Shown here piece after piece: positions 16,609 to 26,364 of a stretch of DNA of 37,233 nt. Origin of the DNA: a virus. Its lineage: Duplodnaviria; Caudoviricetes. Both the position numbers and the translations under genes were made by a program. Below the pieces are notes generated by a model. The model had not been told where the DNA came from and searched no databases. It saw only the letters and a program-made list of their open reading frames with translations. How positions within the stretch are numbered: position 1 is the first letter of the stretch; each line of letters starts with the position of its first letter. The stretch is from the IMG/VR virus record IMGVR_UViG_3300032212_000077, positions 1 to 37,233 of that record. One strand, 5' to 3'.

Positions 16609-16959
16609 TTATTTAGATGATGTCTTTTCTATTTCCCTTTGAATAAGTTTAACCAATTGCCTTTTGGTAGCCAATCGGTGATTATTTAAATATGGATTAA
16701 TGCAAAAGATATTTGAAATATCAATTATACTAAATTCGTTTTTTCTGCGGTCATATTTATTATACCTCTTGTAGAATTTGTTTTCACTCAACTTCTCTTT
16801 TAAAAGGAAATCTAATTCTTTTTTAATTTTACTCTCACTTATACCTGTACCAGTACCAGTACACAAACAATGGTCATAAATAAATATGTTGGTCGTATCT
16901 GCTTTTAATGCCGATAAACTATAAGCTAAAACAAACAATAAAATAAATATCTTTTTCAT
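16609..16959 (-). CDS. Signal-peptide-containing hypothetical protein
   Basis: MKKIFILLFVLAYSLSALKA|D. Confidence 0.75.
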   Translation of the reverse strand: MKKIFILLFVLAYSLSALKADTTNIFIYDHCLCTGTGTGISESKIKKELDFLLKEKLSENKFYKRYNKYDRRKNEFSIIDISNIFCINPYLNNHRLATKRQLVKLIQREIEKTSSK

Positions 16960-16960
16960 A

Positions 16961-18892
16961 TTAATTCGATTTAAAAACTTGCCAATAATAAGACGAACCA
17001 GAGCCTAGTTTTGTGCAGACTGCATAGCTCATAGATTTATCTGTAATTAAAACAGAACCTACACTACCCTTATACATTATATGTGAATTTGGAATACTGC
17101 TAGTTATTTTGTAAGAACCTGAACCGTAGTAGCTAACTTGTACTTTCTTCCCTCGGTAAGTGCTTGACGGATTTGGAAAAAATAGTTGACTTTGTCCTGT
17201 TCCTGTATCATATATTGATACCTGTAATTCATCTAGATTAGTCAATGAATACAAATTAGGGTCATTTCCCCCCGTAACATCTTGGTAACCGATTGTATAA
17301 GCATTGTCTACCCCATCACTAAACCCCCCAGGGATGTTTTGTAAATTACTCCAATCTGCCTGAATAGTACTTAGGTTTGTTTGGACACTTGATAAGCCAT
17401 TTCTAGTAATAGTTAAGGTGTTGGAAGGGGTTGAGAAAAATAACCCCGTTGGATAGTTGTTTGCATCGCTTGTTATATATCCATTGTTCGATACATAACT
17501 ATCGACTTGCGCCTCACTTAGTTGTGTGTTATTATCCGTAAAACTGGCAAAAATACTACTCAATCCTAATCGACTAAGTGTAATTTGTTTAGTCGTTGTT
17601 CCTGTTATTGCCATACCTGACACGTAGTTATTTGTAGCACTAGTTAGATATCCATTGTTGCTTACATAGCTATCTACCTGTGCTTCGCTCAATTGCGTGT
17701 TCGTATCTGTATCAATTAAGGTTTTGAGCGTAGTAAATGAAGTCCGCTTATGTGTTCCAAATTCATCAAAAGTGAAATAACTATTCCCGTCTAAAGTGTT
17801 ATCAACACTAAATTCGCTAAAATCTAAATTAATAGTAGTGCCGATGATATCTAAACCTATCCCTACTCCTGTCAAATAGCCGTTATTGTTAGCATAACTG
17901 TCTACTTGCGATTCACTTAATTGAGTATCTGTGTCGGTATCAATTAGGCTTTGAAGAGTTGCTAAAGTTGTTTTGTTTTCTGTGTTCTGTGATACGTCAA
18001 AAATAGGGATATAATCAGAAGTGCTTAAGCCAATTTCTGTAGCTAGTCCGTCTATTTGCATCTGAAAAACACTACCGACTAGCTGGATACCGTTAGACGC
18101 TGTGTAGGTGTTATTGTTGTCTATTCCGTCACTAAATCCCGTTGGAATATCGCTAATTATCGACCATGCGCTGACAAATAAACTAGGTTTATTAGTAATT
18201 TGATTCCAAGATTGATTTGCAACCGTGAAATCAAATTCATCTCCCACATCATCATAGGTTACTGTTATGCCCGTTTCTGTATTACCCGAAACCATGCCCC
18301 CGATTGCGTCCTGAACTTGTTCGGTTGTTAATTGTGTGTTGTCGTCAATGTTGTCAGAAAACCCGCTTGGCACGTTTGTTAAGTTGTTCCAATTTGTGTA
18401 AAACTCCCCACTTTCCCCATCCAACCTGTCAGAATCTAATTCACTTCCAGCCCCTTCTATTAATCCAAAATATATTTTATTTTGTTCTGATCTGATATAT
18501 ATATTTTCATTTGCTTTTCCTTTATACTCTACCCTTCCACCAAATTCAGACAATTCTAGGGCTGCCCCACTTGTATCTATAGCAATACCACTACCCGTTA
18601 CATTTGAAACGGCAAAAATTTGGTTTGTAATGTTTGGGGTGTTAATTAGGTTATTGAAATTAAGATAGTAGCTAGGCGCTAAACCTCCTAAACTATCTGC
18701 ATTAGCTGCACCACCTGTCCCAAGTGTTGCTAATAAATCTGCTAATAAAACATAACCTTGATACCCCGCTGTATCTGTATAAGGGATAAAACCAGCCCCA
18801 CTTGCCGTTTCTAATAATTCAATATTCATTCCTTGAGAAAACCCAAAAAAAGGTAATAAGGATAGAATGATTATTTTCTTTATTCGGTACAT
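16961..18892 (-). CDS. Tail-fibre-like repeat protein with N-terminal signal peptide
   Basis: MYRIKKIIILSLLPFFGFS|Q; NADSLGG and DSDRLDG fibre-type motifs; 3x TQLSExQVDSYxxNNGY and 3x WxxxxxxPxGFSDxxD repeats. Confidence 0.75.
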   Translation of the reverse strand: MYRIKKIIILSLLPFFGFSQGMNIELLETASGAGFIPYTDTAGYQGYVLLADLLATLGTGGAANADSLGGLAPSYYLNFNNLINTPNITNQIFAVSNVTGSGIAIDTSGAALELSEFGGRVEYKGKANENIYIRSEQNKIYFGLIEGAGSELDSDRLDGESGEFYTNWNNLTNVPSGFSDNIDDNTQLTTEQVQDAIGGMVSGNTETGITVTYDDVGDEFDFTVANQSWNQITNKPSLFVSAWSIISDIPTGFSDGIDNNNTYTASNGIQLVGSVFQMQIDGLATEIGLSTSDYIPIFDVSQNTENKTTLATLQSLIDTDTDTQLSESQVDSYANNNGYLTGVGIGLDIIGTTINLDFSEFSVDNTLDGNSYFTFDEFGTHKRTSFTTLKTLIDTDTNTQLSEAQVDSYVSNNGYLTSATNNYVSGMAITGTTTKQITLSRLGLSSIFASFTDNNTQLSEAQVDSYVSNNGYITSDANNYPTGLFFSTPSNTLTITRNGLSSVQTNLSTIQADWSNLQNIPGGFSDGVDNAYTIGYQDVTGGNDPNLYSLTNLDELQVSIYDTGTGQSQLFFPNPSSTYRGKKVQVSYYGSGSYKITSSIPNSHIMYKGSVGSVLITDKSMSYAVCTKLGSGSSYYWQVFKSN

Positions 18893-19524
18893 TCTTCAAT
18901 TTTTAAAAGGGTTTCACTTCCTGCTTTCGCATGAAAACCAACACCTAGCGTTATACTTTGCCCTGCCTTATAGGTAATATTAGCGGTAGTGTCTATTATT
19001 TGTGTACTACTGATTGTAGTAGTCGCATGATAAATAATACTATCCGTTTCTAAACCTGTTAAAAATAAATTTTCTGGACAAATAGGAGTAACTATGTTGC
19101 AAGCGGTGGGGCTTGTGTAAATATATTGATAGGTATTAGTATAAGTAGCACAATCGCCCATCAAATCAACTGTTACATCTAAGGTGTCTGCACCTCCGTG
19201 ACTATCCCCATAAATCAAGAAATTAAAAGTATTGATAGGGTTGCTAGTAACATGGCTTTGGGTTAAAAAAGTTTGATGAAAGTTGTATTTTGAACTGTCT
19301 GTTCTTAGCTGTATTGAATCTACTGCAGGTGGTTCACCTATGACAGTTGAAACACTTGTAAAATAATCAACGGTAACAGGGATGTAAAATGAATTATTTA
19401 TACTGTCGCAATCACTTACATAATGAAATGTAACAGAATTAATACTACAAGTACCACCTCCTTTTTGAGCAAATAGCCCAACGGTCAACAATAAAAACAA
19501 CGATATGTGAAATGATTTAATCAA
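18880..19524 (-). CDS. Secreted Cys-rich beta protein with C-terminal 3-coathanger-stack-like domain
   Basis: Signal peptide ...GLFA|Q; six Cys; C-terminal YKAGQSITLGVGFHAKAGS...I. Confidence 0.7.
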   Translation of the reverse strand: MIKSFHISLFLLLTVGLFAQKGGGTCSINSVTFHYVSDCDSINNSFYIPVTVDYFTSVSTVIGEPPAVDSIQLRTDSSKYNFHQTFLTQSHVTSNPINTFNFLIYGDSHGGADTLDVTVDLMGDCATYTNTYQYIYTSPTACNIVTPICPENLFLTGLETDSIIYHATTTISSTQIIDTTANITYKAGQSITLGVGFHAKAGSETLLKIEECTE

Positions 19525-19825
19525 TCTTTTTTACTAATTTTTGATACTTGTTTCTGATTTCTAGGAAATAGGTCAACATTTCCAATTGTTTAGCTTTCAA
19601 TTCTAACACCTCCGCTTTTTTGGCGGCAATCATTAATAATTTAGCGTCCTCTTGTGCAATATTTTTACGAACCATGCCGATTTTTTGCGCAATACCCGCA
19701 CTATCAATTTTTGCCTCTTTTCCGTTTTCAATAATTACAACTATGCTATCTTTTAGCTCTAATTGTTGCGCTTTTATTTGCAGCGTACCGCATACAAATA
19801 AAAGGATAAATATTAATTTTCTCAT
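19517..19825 (-). CDS. Signal-peptide coiled-coil protein
   Basis: MRKLIFILLFVCGTLQIKA|Q; helical C-terminus. Confidence 0.75.
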   Translation of the reverse strand: MRKLIFILLFVCGTLQIKAQQLELKDSIVVIIENGKEAKIDSAGIAQKIGMVRKNIAQEDAKLLMIAAKKAEVLELKAKQLEMLTYFLEIRNKYQKLVKKID

Positions 19826-20252
19826 AAGCTATTTTTATTTTTTTTCGATACAAAATAATGTAATCGTGATTACTTAATAATGATTTAGTATAAGGGTCGT
19901 AAGCATGAACCCACCCATATAAGCTGTCGTTTTTGGAATCATATTTTAATACCCCTCTAATCATTAACCAGTACGCCCCTAAATCGTGATTATGTGTTAT
20001 AAATTCGTTTTCAATTATTTGCAATCTGTTTTCACCTGCAAAACCTATCCATTTTTTTTGACTGCTCCATGTCGTGTCCTGATATGCTACGATGCTTGTA
20101 CCTTTTGCCTCGTATTTGTCATGGTCTACTGTAATAGAATAATAAAAAGGAGATATATTCCCTTTTTTTAAAATACCCCCTTCCCATGTACCGTTATAAT
20201 TTTGCCCGACTAATTGAGTAGCTATAAAAAACATAAATATTATTAATCTCAT
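19746..20252 (-). CDS. Signal-peptide beta-rich protein
   Basis: MRLIIFMFFIATQLVG|QNYNGTWEG; GxW motif typical of small beta-barrels. Confidence 0.7.
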   Translation of the reverse strand: MRLIIFMFFIATQLVGQNYNGTWEGGILKKGNISPFYYSITVDHDKYEAKGTSIVAYQDTTWSSQKKWIGFAGENRLQIIENEFITHNHDLGAYWLMIRGVLKYDSKNDSLYGWVHAYDPYTKSLLSNHDYIILYRKKIKIAYEKINIYPFICMRYAANKSATIRAKR

Positions 20253-22684
20253 ACTTTCATTTTTACTAAAACGTATTCGTTACTTAATGCTCTATTGAAA
20301 TTGATTCTCGTTCTTACTCCATTTGGACTGTCTTGTATCGTGTAATGTATATCATATATTGCCGTAAAACCATTTCTTATTACTGTCAAAAGTCGGTCTA
20401 CATCATTATGCTCAGGTAGTTTGAAATTTAAATCGATATTGCTACCAGTTACGCTTGCTGATTTATAAACACTATCAGATTGGACAGGGCTGTTGTCGTC
20501 ATCTTTTACTAAAAAACTACCCTCTGGATAATTAACAGTAGGTGCAAAAGATTCTATAAATAATGTAGTGTCGCCTGAACTGTATCGACTTGTGTCGGTT
20601 GCTCCTGTGTTTCCTGTTAATGTTACCGTTTCGGTTTGACCCGTAACTGGATGGACTATTTTAATTTTATCCCCTTCGTTAAGTGTTACGCCTGAAAGTA
20701 AAGCAGGAACTGTTATCTGTGTAATAGGTGTGTCTTTCACTAGGTCTAAATCTGCCTTTGCTTTTTTGATTATATCCAAAAGCGTTAAGCCTATGTTTTT
20801 AATAGTTGTGTCTGTTGTTTCTGTACTGACTGAACCTAAAAAACCTCCTATGTTGTCTTTTTTATCTATAGCTGTATCAGGGTCCGTTGGGTCCGTTCCT
20901 GTTGTTCCATCTCCTGTCACTACTGTTCCCTCAGATACCCCCAATCTATTTATATTAAGTTCTACCCACTCTCCGCTTACTTCGTCTCTCTCTGGCTTCC
21001 ATGTTCCTTTTAAAAACAAGTACTTAAGACCTTTGTAGGTGATTCTATTTAAAGGAGAAAAACTAGGAGTAATTAAAGTGTGCCTTAGTAATCGTAAAGT
21101 ATTGGTTTGGCCCGCTAATATCTCATTTGCTAAAACTTGACCAATTGGAATACCTGAAAAAGTATCAACACTCCAACTGTTAGAATCACTCCAATTTGTG
21201 CCGTCAAATACTTCTAACTTTGCAGGGCTGCTAGATACATCTACGTCACCCATTCTTGTTTCTATCGTTATACTTTTACTATTCCCTGTTATCGAATTAG
21301 AAGCTGTGTAAATCTTTTCATAATTATTGGTGATGGTGTCTGCTACCCCTTTCTCTTTAAAATACCCATTGTAAAGGGTCCATGCTAATTCAATATCAGG
21401 AGATGTATAAAAACCCCCATCAGGTTTAAGAATGTGAATGTTGTGTATTTGTAGTCTTGCTGTACTAACGTCTACACCTGGATAACTCGGAGTCTCTATA
21501 TTAAAAGAAATAACCTTATTAAAATTGTAATTAAATTCCGTCACAACCTCTCCATAAAACTCATAATAATGTAAATTATTAAAGTCATCATCTACCCACT
21601 CATCCTCACTTGGGAAGGTTTGGTAAAAATCATTAGTGGTTTCTGTTCGTTCTAAGTACTTACTACCAATCCCTAATACTATACCGAATTTAACCCGATG
21701 TGTTTTTACTCCATTTGCTGTTAAGAAGGCCGCAGAAAAGGATGTTTTGTATTCTAGTTGTCCTTTAAAGGTGTAAGATTTTCCGTTCTTAAAATCACCT
21801 GATATGACCCCTGTGTTACTTGCCTGAGTTAAGTTGACCCCTTTGGCTAAATTTATTGTTTCTCCATACTTAATAAGTGTCTTTACTCTATTTAAAGGAG
21901 GTAAGAAATCCCATAAACCACCTGACACCTGACTGTTAATAGTTAAGTCGTAAATACTGTAGGTTTCGTATTTATTAAACTGTTGGAAGTGATATGAACC
22001 TTTCCAATAAAAGAAGCGAGCTAAAAAGGTTTTGCAAATTTCTTTCAGTACAGCAAAAGAGTTAGTAAACTTATCATTTCCGTTATCATCCTGAGTAGTA
22101 AATAATTCGTGACTAAAGCGAGTAAGTGAGCAAAGGTCTGTACCATTATGGCTATCTTCTTCCCATTGGGTTAATTTAGTCAGCGTTGTTCCTGTGAGTG
22201 AATTATTGACTATTCCAATAATATTATTCAGATGATCTTCTATGGTTGCCGTTCCTGAGTAGGCTGTACCATTATTGTTATAATCAAGCTCTTTCAATCT
22301 TGCTACCCCATCGATAAAGGCCACTCTGAAGCTAAAAGGATAAGGAGCGTTTACCTGTGAGATAAGATCATTAAGGATAAACCCACCTGTTAATAAATTA
22401 TCACTCGCATCATATAAAGCAGCTGTAAAGCGTCCTTCTGTGGCTGTGATTAAATCTGTAATTAAAGCTTCATGGATAGCGTTTTGAATTTTCATGTCAA
22501 ACTCAACATGAATAGGGCTAACTGGATTAATACGGGTTGAATCTTCACCCGAAAAAACAACCGTTACACTATTGGCTCCTGTCTCAAACTCTACTGACGA
22601 ACCCGAAAAGCTACTATCAAATATCTTGATAGTGTACCCTATTTGGGTTCGTGAATAAAATGTACTATGGAAACGCTGTGCCAA
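20249..22684 (-). CDS. Large tail tip / minor tail protein
   Basis: 811 aa, TTG start, directly after the tape measure; FIDGVARLKELDY and LKEICKTFLARFFY..G.Y motifs typical of Bacteroidota phage tail proteins. Confidence 0.8.
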   Translation of the reverse strand: MAQRFHSTFYSRTQIGYTIKIFDSSFSGSSVEFETGANSVTVVFSGEDSTRINPVSPIHVEFDMKIQNAIHEALITDLITATEGRFTAALYDASDNLLTGGFILNDLISQVNAPYPFSFRVAFIDGVARLKELDYNNNGTAYSGTATIEDHLNNIIGIVNNSLTGTTLTKLTQWEEDSHNGTDLCSLTRFSHELFTTQDDNGNDKFTNSFAVLKEICKTFLARFFYWKGSYHFQQFNKYETYSIYDLTINSQVSGGLWDFLPPLNRVKTLIKYGETINLAKGVNLTQASNTGVISGDFKNGKSYTFKGQLEYKTSFSAAFLTANGVKTHRVKFGIVLGIGSKYLERTETTNDFYQTFPSEDEWVDDDFNNLHYYEFYGEVVTEFNYNFNKVISFNIETPSYPGVDVSTARLQIHNIHILKPDGGFYTSPDIELAWTLYNGYFKEKGVADTITNNYEKIYTASNSITGNSKSITIETRMGDVDVSSSPAKLEVFDGTNWSDSNSWSVDTFSGIPIGQVLANEILAGQTNTLRLLRHTLITPSFSPLNRITYKGLKYLFLKGTWKPERDEVSGEWVELNINRLGVSEGTVVTGDGTTGTDPTDPDTAIDKKDNIGGFLGSVSTETTDTTIKNIGLTLLDIIKKAKADLDLVKDTPITQITVPALLSGVTLNEGDKIKIVHPVTGQTETVTLTGNTGATDTSRYSSGDTTLFIESFAPTVNYPEGSFLVKDDDNSPVQSDSVYKSASVTGSNIDLNFKLPEHNDVDRLLTVIRNGFTAIYDIHYTIQDSPNGVRTRINFNRALSNEYVLVKMKV

Positions 22685-22708
22685 TTGATAGTTGTTTTTT
22701 AAGTTAAA

Positions 22709-25129
22709 TTATCTTGTTCCAAATCGTGTTTGCTTGTTTGTTTCTCTCTCAAATGATAGGACTAAATCACTACCCCTTAATACTACATTTGGTATCATTA
22801 CTGTAGTTCCTCCCCCTGATGGTTGTAAGTATTGCTTTAGCTTAGATAAAGGAGCTATAACCTCAGGATCAATCCTAGCATTTGGGTTATCTCCTACTAT
22901 GGCCTGGGTCTCTCCAAATGCTAAACCTCCCCTTGCTAGTTTTGGGGGAGTAGCAAGTTTTGCGGCTTTACTCTTTATAATACTACCTAATGCTACCAAT
23001 GCCACACCACCCGCAATAGCAACAACTGGGTTTAAAGATTTTAATGATTCCTTAATCCCTTTGATTGTAACACCTGCCCCAATTGCCAATTTACCCAATT
23101 TAATCATAATTGCTGCTATTGAACTCAAAACAGAGCCTAATAGGTTTGTTCCATTCGCCGTTCCTGCAATTATGTCGCCCAAAGTTGAACCTAAACTAAC
23201 CAAACCGTCTTCTATACCACTTTCTATAATAGAACTGAAACTTTCATTGATAGAAGCTGCTGTTTCAGCTGCTGCATCTTTTATGTTTTTATAAAAATTA
23301 GCAATCTTTTCCGTGTGTTCTTCAAACCCTTCTAATGAGATTAAATTTGTTGGGGATAAACTTGGTGCTTCCCTCGAATTTAACCTGTCAAATACGTGCT
23401 TATCTGTACTTTTCTTAGATTTAGGGTCACGGTCAAAATTGGTTGGCAAAACTGTTTTAGGAACATCAGACGTATCAGCTTTGTTAGTACCAAATAGTGT
23501 ATCGCTTACATCTTGTGCGGCTTTTGCAGCGGTATTAATCCATCTATCAACATCCTTTTCTGTAATAAAATCAAGTTTCTCTTTTTGGTCAAAGGTGTTT
23601 TTATATCCTTCGCTAAGTGCTTTTGCTATATCTTTTCCTGCTTGAATGCCCGTTTTCTTTACTTCTTCCCAACCACCTAGTAAAGCATCTCGAATGCCGT
23701 CAACATCTCCCTTGAATAAGGCAACTACGGCTTTACCCAACGATTTAAACCCTGTGATTAAAAAACTAATAGCCGCTTTGCCGACTGTATATAATGTTTT
23801 TAAGGCTGTACTGATGGTTTCTACTATGCCTCTAAAAGCAATTGATTCATTATATAGGTCTATAAAGGTATTTGCTAATTCAACAAAATTCTTTCTTGCT
23901 GGTCCTATATTAACTACTACTGCTACGCCAAAAGCAGCTACAGCGGCTGCTACTAATCCAAAAGGAATAGTGATGCCCGAAATAAGTCCAGCTAAGGAAA
24001 TAAAAGCGGCTTTTAAGGTTTGAACTGGGTTTTTGGCAGCAAAGGCAATAGATGCTCCTAATTTTTTAAATCCACCTGTTGCTAAATTAAGAGGAATCAA
24101 TAATCTACTGATTGTACCAAATAAAGTGCCTAATGGGTTGATTGCCGCCATCATAACACCTGAAAAGACTTTACCTATAGCAATACCTTTGGATTGTGCA
24201 AAAAATAACCTTCCAAAGCTACCTACTAAGGTACTCAAAGTACCTGCTAATCCACCCATGGCAATTTTTAATGTACCATAGGCATATAATAAAGGTCCAG
24301 TTGCCGCTGCTAACAAACTAAATTTAATAATATTTTCTTGTACTCCATCAGGTAGGCGACTAAAAGCATTTACAACTTTTAAAACGACTTTAGAAACAGC
24401 TTCAAAAACAGGGAATAATTTTTCTCCAATAATTGCTGCCGCTTCTTGAAGGGCAACTTTAGTGTTTTCAATAGAATTTTTAATACCACTTTGGGCTTGT
24501 GGCAATTTCTCCGCTTCGACTATAATTTTAGTTATAAATTCCTCAAAACCAATCCCTAGTTTTTGTAGTTCTTTGGTATCCGCTGTGCCAAAAGAATCTT
24601 GTAATATTTTACGGATTTGGGGTACTCTTTCAGCAATTTGATTGATCTCTTCTGCTTGGATTTTCCCTTTAGAAGCAATTTGAGATAAAGCCAAAGTTAC
24701 GCCATCCAACTGCTCCCCTGTGCCTCCCACTAAAGCTAAAGCATTTCCCATTGCACCTAATGCTCTACGGGCTAATTCAGCATCTATACCAATAGCTTGG
24801 AGTCTTGCTGACCCTTTTAAGGCTTGTTCGAAATTAAGACCAGGTTTTAATGCTTCCTTACGTAATAAATCAATCTCCTTTTTGGCTGCTTCTGTCGAAC
24901 CCATCATGGATTCCATACCTAACTTTAGGCCTTGTAGGTCACCTGCAGCTTTTAGAGAAGCTGCACCAATTCCAATAATAGGTAGCGTTATAGCCGAACT
25001 TAATCGGCTACCTAATTCGGCTAATTTTCGACCACTACGCTGCAATCTAAACTCTGCACGTCTCAAAGACTTCTCTAAGCCTTTTATATCACCTCCTATG
25101 CGTATTTTAATACTTCCGATTGACGGCAT
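22709..25129 (-). CDS. Tape measure protein
   Basis: 806 aa, Ala/Gly/Ile-rich; LALSQIASKGKIQAEEINQIAER; C-terminal LARGG...A.VGD...PEVIAPL. Confidence 0.93.
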   Translation of the reverse strand: MPSIGSIKIRIGGDIKGLEKSLRRAEFRLQRSGRKLAELGSRLSSAITLPIIGIGAASLKAAGDLQGLKLGMESMMGSTEAAKKEIDLLRKEALKPGLNFEQALKGSARLQAIGIDAELARRALGAMGNALALVGGTGEQLDGVTLALSQIASKGKIQAEEINQIAERVPQIRKILQDSFGTADTKELQKLGIGFEEFITKIIVEAEKLPQAQSGIKNSIENTKVALQEAAAIIGEKLFPVFEAVSKVVLKVVNAFSRLPDGVQENIIKFSLLAAATGPLLYAYGTLKIAMGGLAGTLSTLVGSFGRLFFAQSKGIAIGKVFSGVMMAAINPLGTLFGTISRLLIPLNLATGGFKKLGASIAFAAKNPVQTLKAAFISLAGLISGITIPFGLVAAAVAAFGVAVVVNIGPARKNFVELANTFIDLYNESIAFRGIVETISTALKTLYTVGKAAISFLITGFKSLGKAVVALFKGDVDGIRDALLGGWEEVKKTGIQAGKDIAKALSEGYKNTFDQKEKLDFITEKDVDRWINTAAKAAQDVSDTLFGTNKADTSDVPKTVLPTNFDRDPKSKKSTDKHVFDRLNSREAPSLSPTNLISLEGFEEHTEKIANFYKNIKDAAAETAASINESFSSIIESGIEDGLVSLGSTLGDIIAGTANGTNLLGSVLSSIAAIMIKLGKLAIGAGVTIKGIKESLKSLNPVVAIAGGVALVALGSIIKSKAAKLATPPKLARGGLAFGETQAIVGDNPNARIDPEVIAPLSKLKQYLQPSGGGTTVMIPNVVLRGSDLVLSFERETNKQTRFGTR

Positions 25130-25536
25130 TATTGTTGGATTAAACCCTCTTTTTTCGCTTCCTTATCCATGGCTTTACTAAGTGCTTCCCAGTTGTCTGG
25201 TAGCGTCATTTGGACTTGTTCAGCGACTTCCCAAGGGAATGTGATTAGGTCAGTTGGACTTAGATTCTTTTTAGTGTGTGGGCTTAACAAAGCGGCTGTT
25301 TGCCACCTTATTTGTTCCCAACTAGTTTTAAAACGTTGTTCTTCTCTTTCCCAGTTAGTTTTAAAGCGCTGCTCTTCTCTTTCTTTGTAATTGCTTACTA
25401 ATAGATTGAATAGGTTAGGCGTTAATTCCCAAAAGTAGCTTTCATTTATCCCTATTTCGTAAGCTGTTACTAACAGAGCATTAAATGTTATCCTTGTGGG
25501 TCTGGTAGTGGTTTCCGTTTTGGTGGACTTTTTTTT
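25129..25536 (-). CDS. Tail assembly chaperone -1 frameshift extension (gpT-like), absent from the ORF track
   Basis: Open -1 frame KSTKTETTTRPTRITFNALLVTAYEIGINESYFWELTP...SPTDLITFPWE...IQQ*; its TAA overlaps the tape measure ATG. Confidence 0.85.
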   Translation of the reverse strand, partial: KKKSTKTETTTRPTRITFNALLVTAYEIGINESYFWELTPNLFNLLVSNYKEREEQRFKTNWEREEQRFKTSWEQIRWQTAALLSPHTKKNLSPTDLITFPWEVAEQVQMTLPDNWEALSKAMDKEAKKEGLIQQ

Positions 25537-25835
25537 GACTCCTTTTCTTTTCCTCCGATATTGTCACCAATAGCATTGGAACAAACTTCGATTAACTCAA
25601 AGTCTTCATCTATCCAGTCTTCTACATCTTCTGCTTTAAAATCAATCACAAGCCCTTCTTTCTTTGCCCCTTCTTGGAAGCCAATAAGGATTAATAATAA
25701 GAGATTATCTAAATCAGTTAAAGCTTCTTCTAGCTGGCCTAAACCTAATTTACTTGATTTAGTGAATCGCCTTAGACCTTTAAAGGAGATTCTAAACGGG
25801 CGATCTTTACCACCTGCCTTAATTTGTGTAGTCAT
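25488..25835 (-). CDS. Tail assembly chaperone (gpG-like)
   Basis: Between tail tube and tape measure; slippery A AAA AAA at 25536-25530. Confidence 0.85.
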   Translation of the reverse strand: MTTQIKAGGKDRPFRISFKGLRRFTKSSKLGLGQLEEALTDLDNLLLLILIGFQEGAKKEGLVIDFKAEDVEDWIDEDFELIEVCSNAIGDNIGGKEKESKKSPPKRKPLPDPQG

Positions 25836-25853
25836 TTTTTTGATAGTTTTAAA

Positions 25854-25887
25854 AGTGTTCGCTCTTTAATATAAGAGAGCGAACACT
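25854..25887 (-). terminator. Hairpin/terminator after the tail tube gene
   Basis: Perfect 12-bp stem AGTGTTCGCTCT/AGAGCGAACACT plus a short T-run. Confidence 0.65.
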
Positions 25888-25916
25888 AACGATTTATAGT
25901 CATTTCAATCTTATCC

Positions 25917-26327
25917 TTAAACAACTGCTGTTTGTGTGACTGCACTACTAATTGAAATAGTGAAGGAGAATTGAACAGCATCGTTCACACCACCTTGTTC
26001 ACTCAAAGCAGTAAAATAACCTTTCCCACTCTTGAAACTTGTTCCTACTAATTCATTAGAGAATTTCCAATCTATCTCCGTACCCGCATCAAAAGCTGTA
26101 AATAATTCTTCTAGCGAGTTAGTACCATCGTCAATTAAAAATGCTGTACCTGACAATGAGCCTGTTTTTATACCTGGTAAGAATCCACCGTACCCCGTTG
26201 CATTGTCTTTACAGCTTACGTCAATTGTTTCAGCTGACAGTTCTAAACTTGCATCTGTCAGGCAGTCAATCGCTACTGGCGTTGCTCCTGTATATATTTT
26301 AAGCCCTTTTCCTGCTACTTTAGCCAT
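25917..26327 (-). CDS. Tail tube (major tail) protein, TP901-1-like
   Basis: LELSAETIDVSCKD...G.LPGIKTGSLSG...GKGYFTALS...QFSFTI. Confidence 0.88.
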   Translation of the reverse strand: MAKVAGKGLKIYTGATPVAIDCLTDASLELSAETIDVSCKDNATGYGGFLPGIKTGSLSGTAFLIDDGTNSLEELFTAFDAGTEIDWKFSNELVGTSFKSGKGYFTALSEQGGVNDAVQFSFTISISSAVTQTAVV

Positions 26328-26364
26328 GATTATTTATTATTAGGTTAATAATGTATTATTATAG

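Noticed and set aside
16961-22684. Diversity-generating retroelement or invertible tail cassette
   Set aside because: No reverse transcriptase, no adenine-specific template/variable repeat pair seen, and no invertase or inverted repeats at the tail genes.
22692-25390. Several long plus-strand ORFs
   Set aside because: Antisense shadows of the tape measure and chaperone genes; the same applies to most other plus-strand ORFs in the track.
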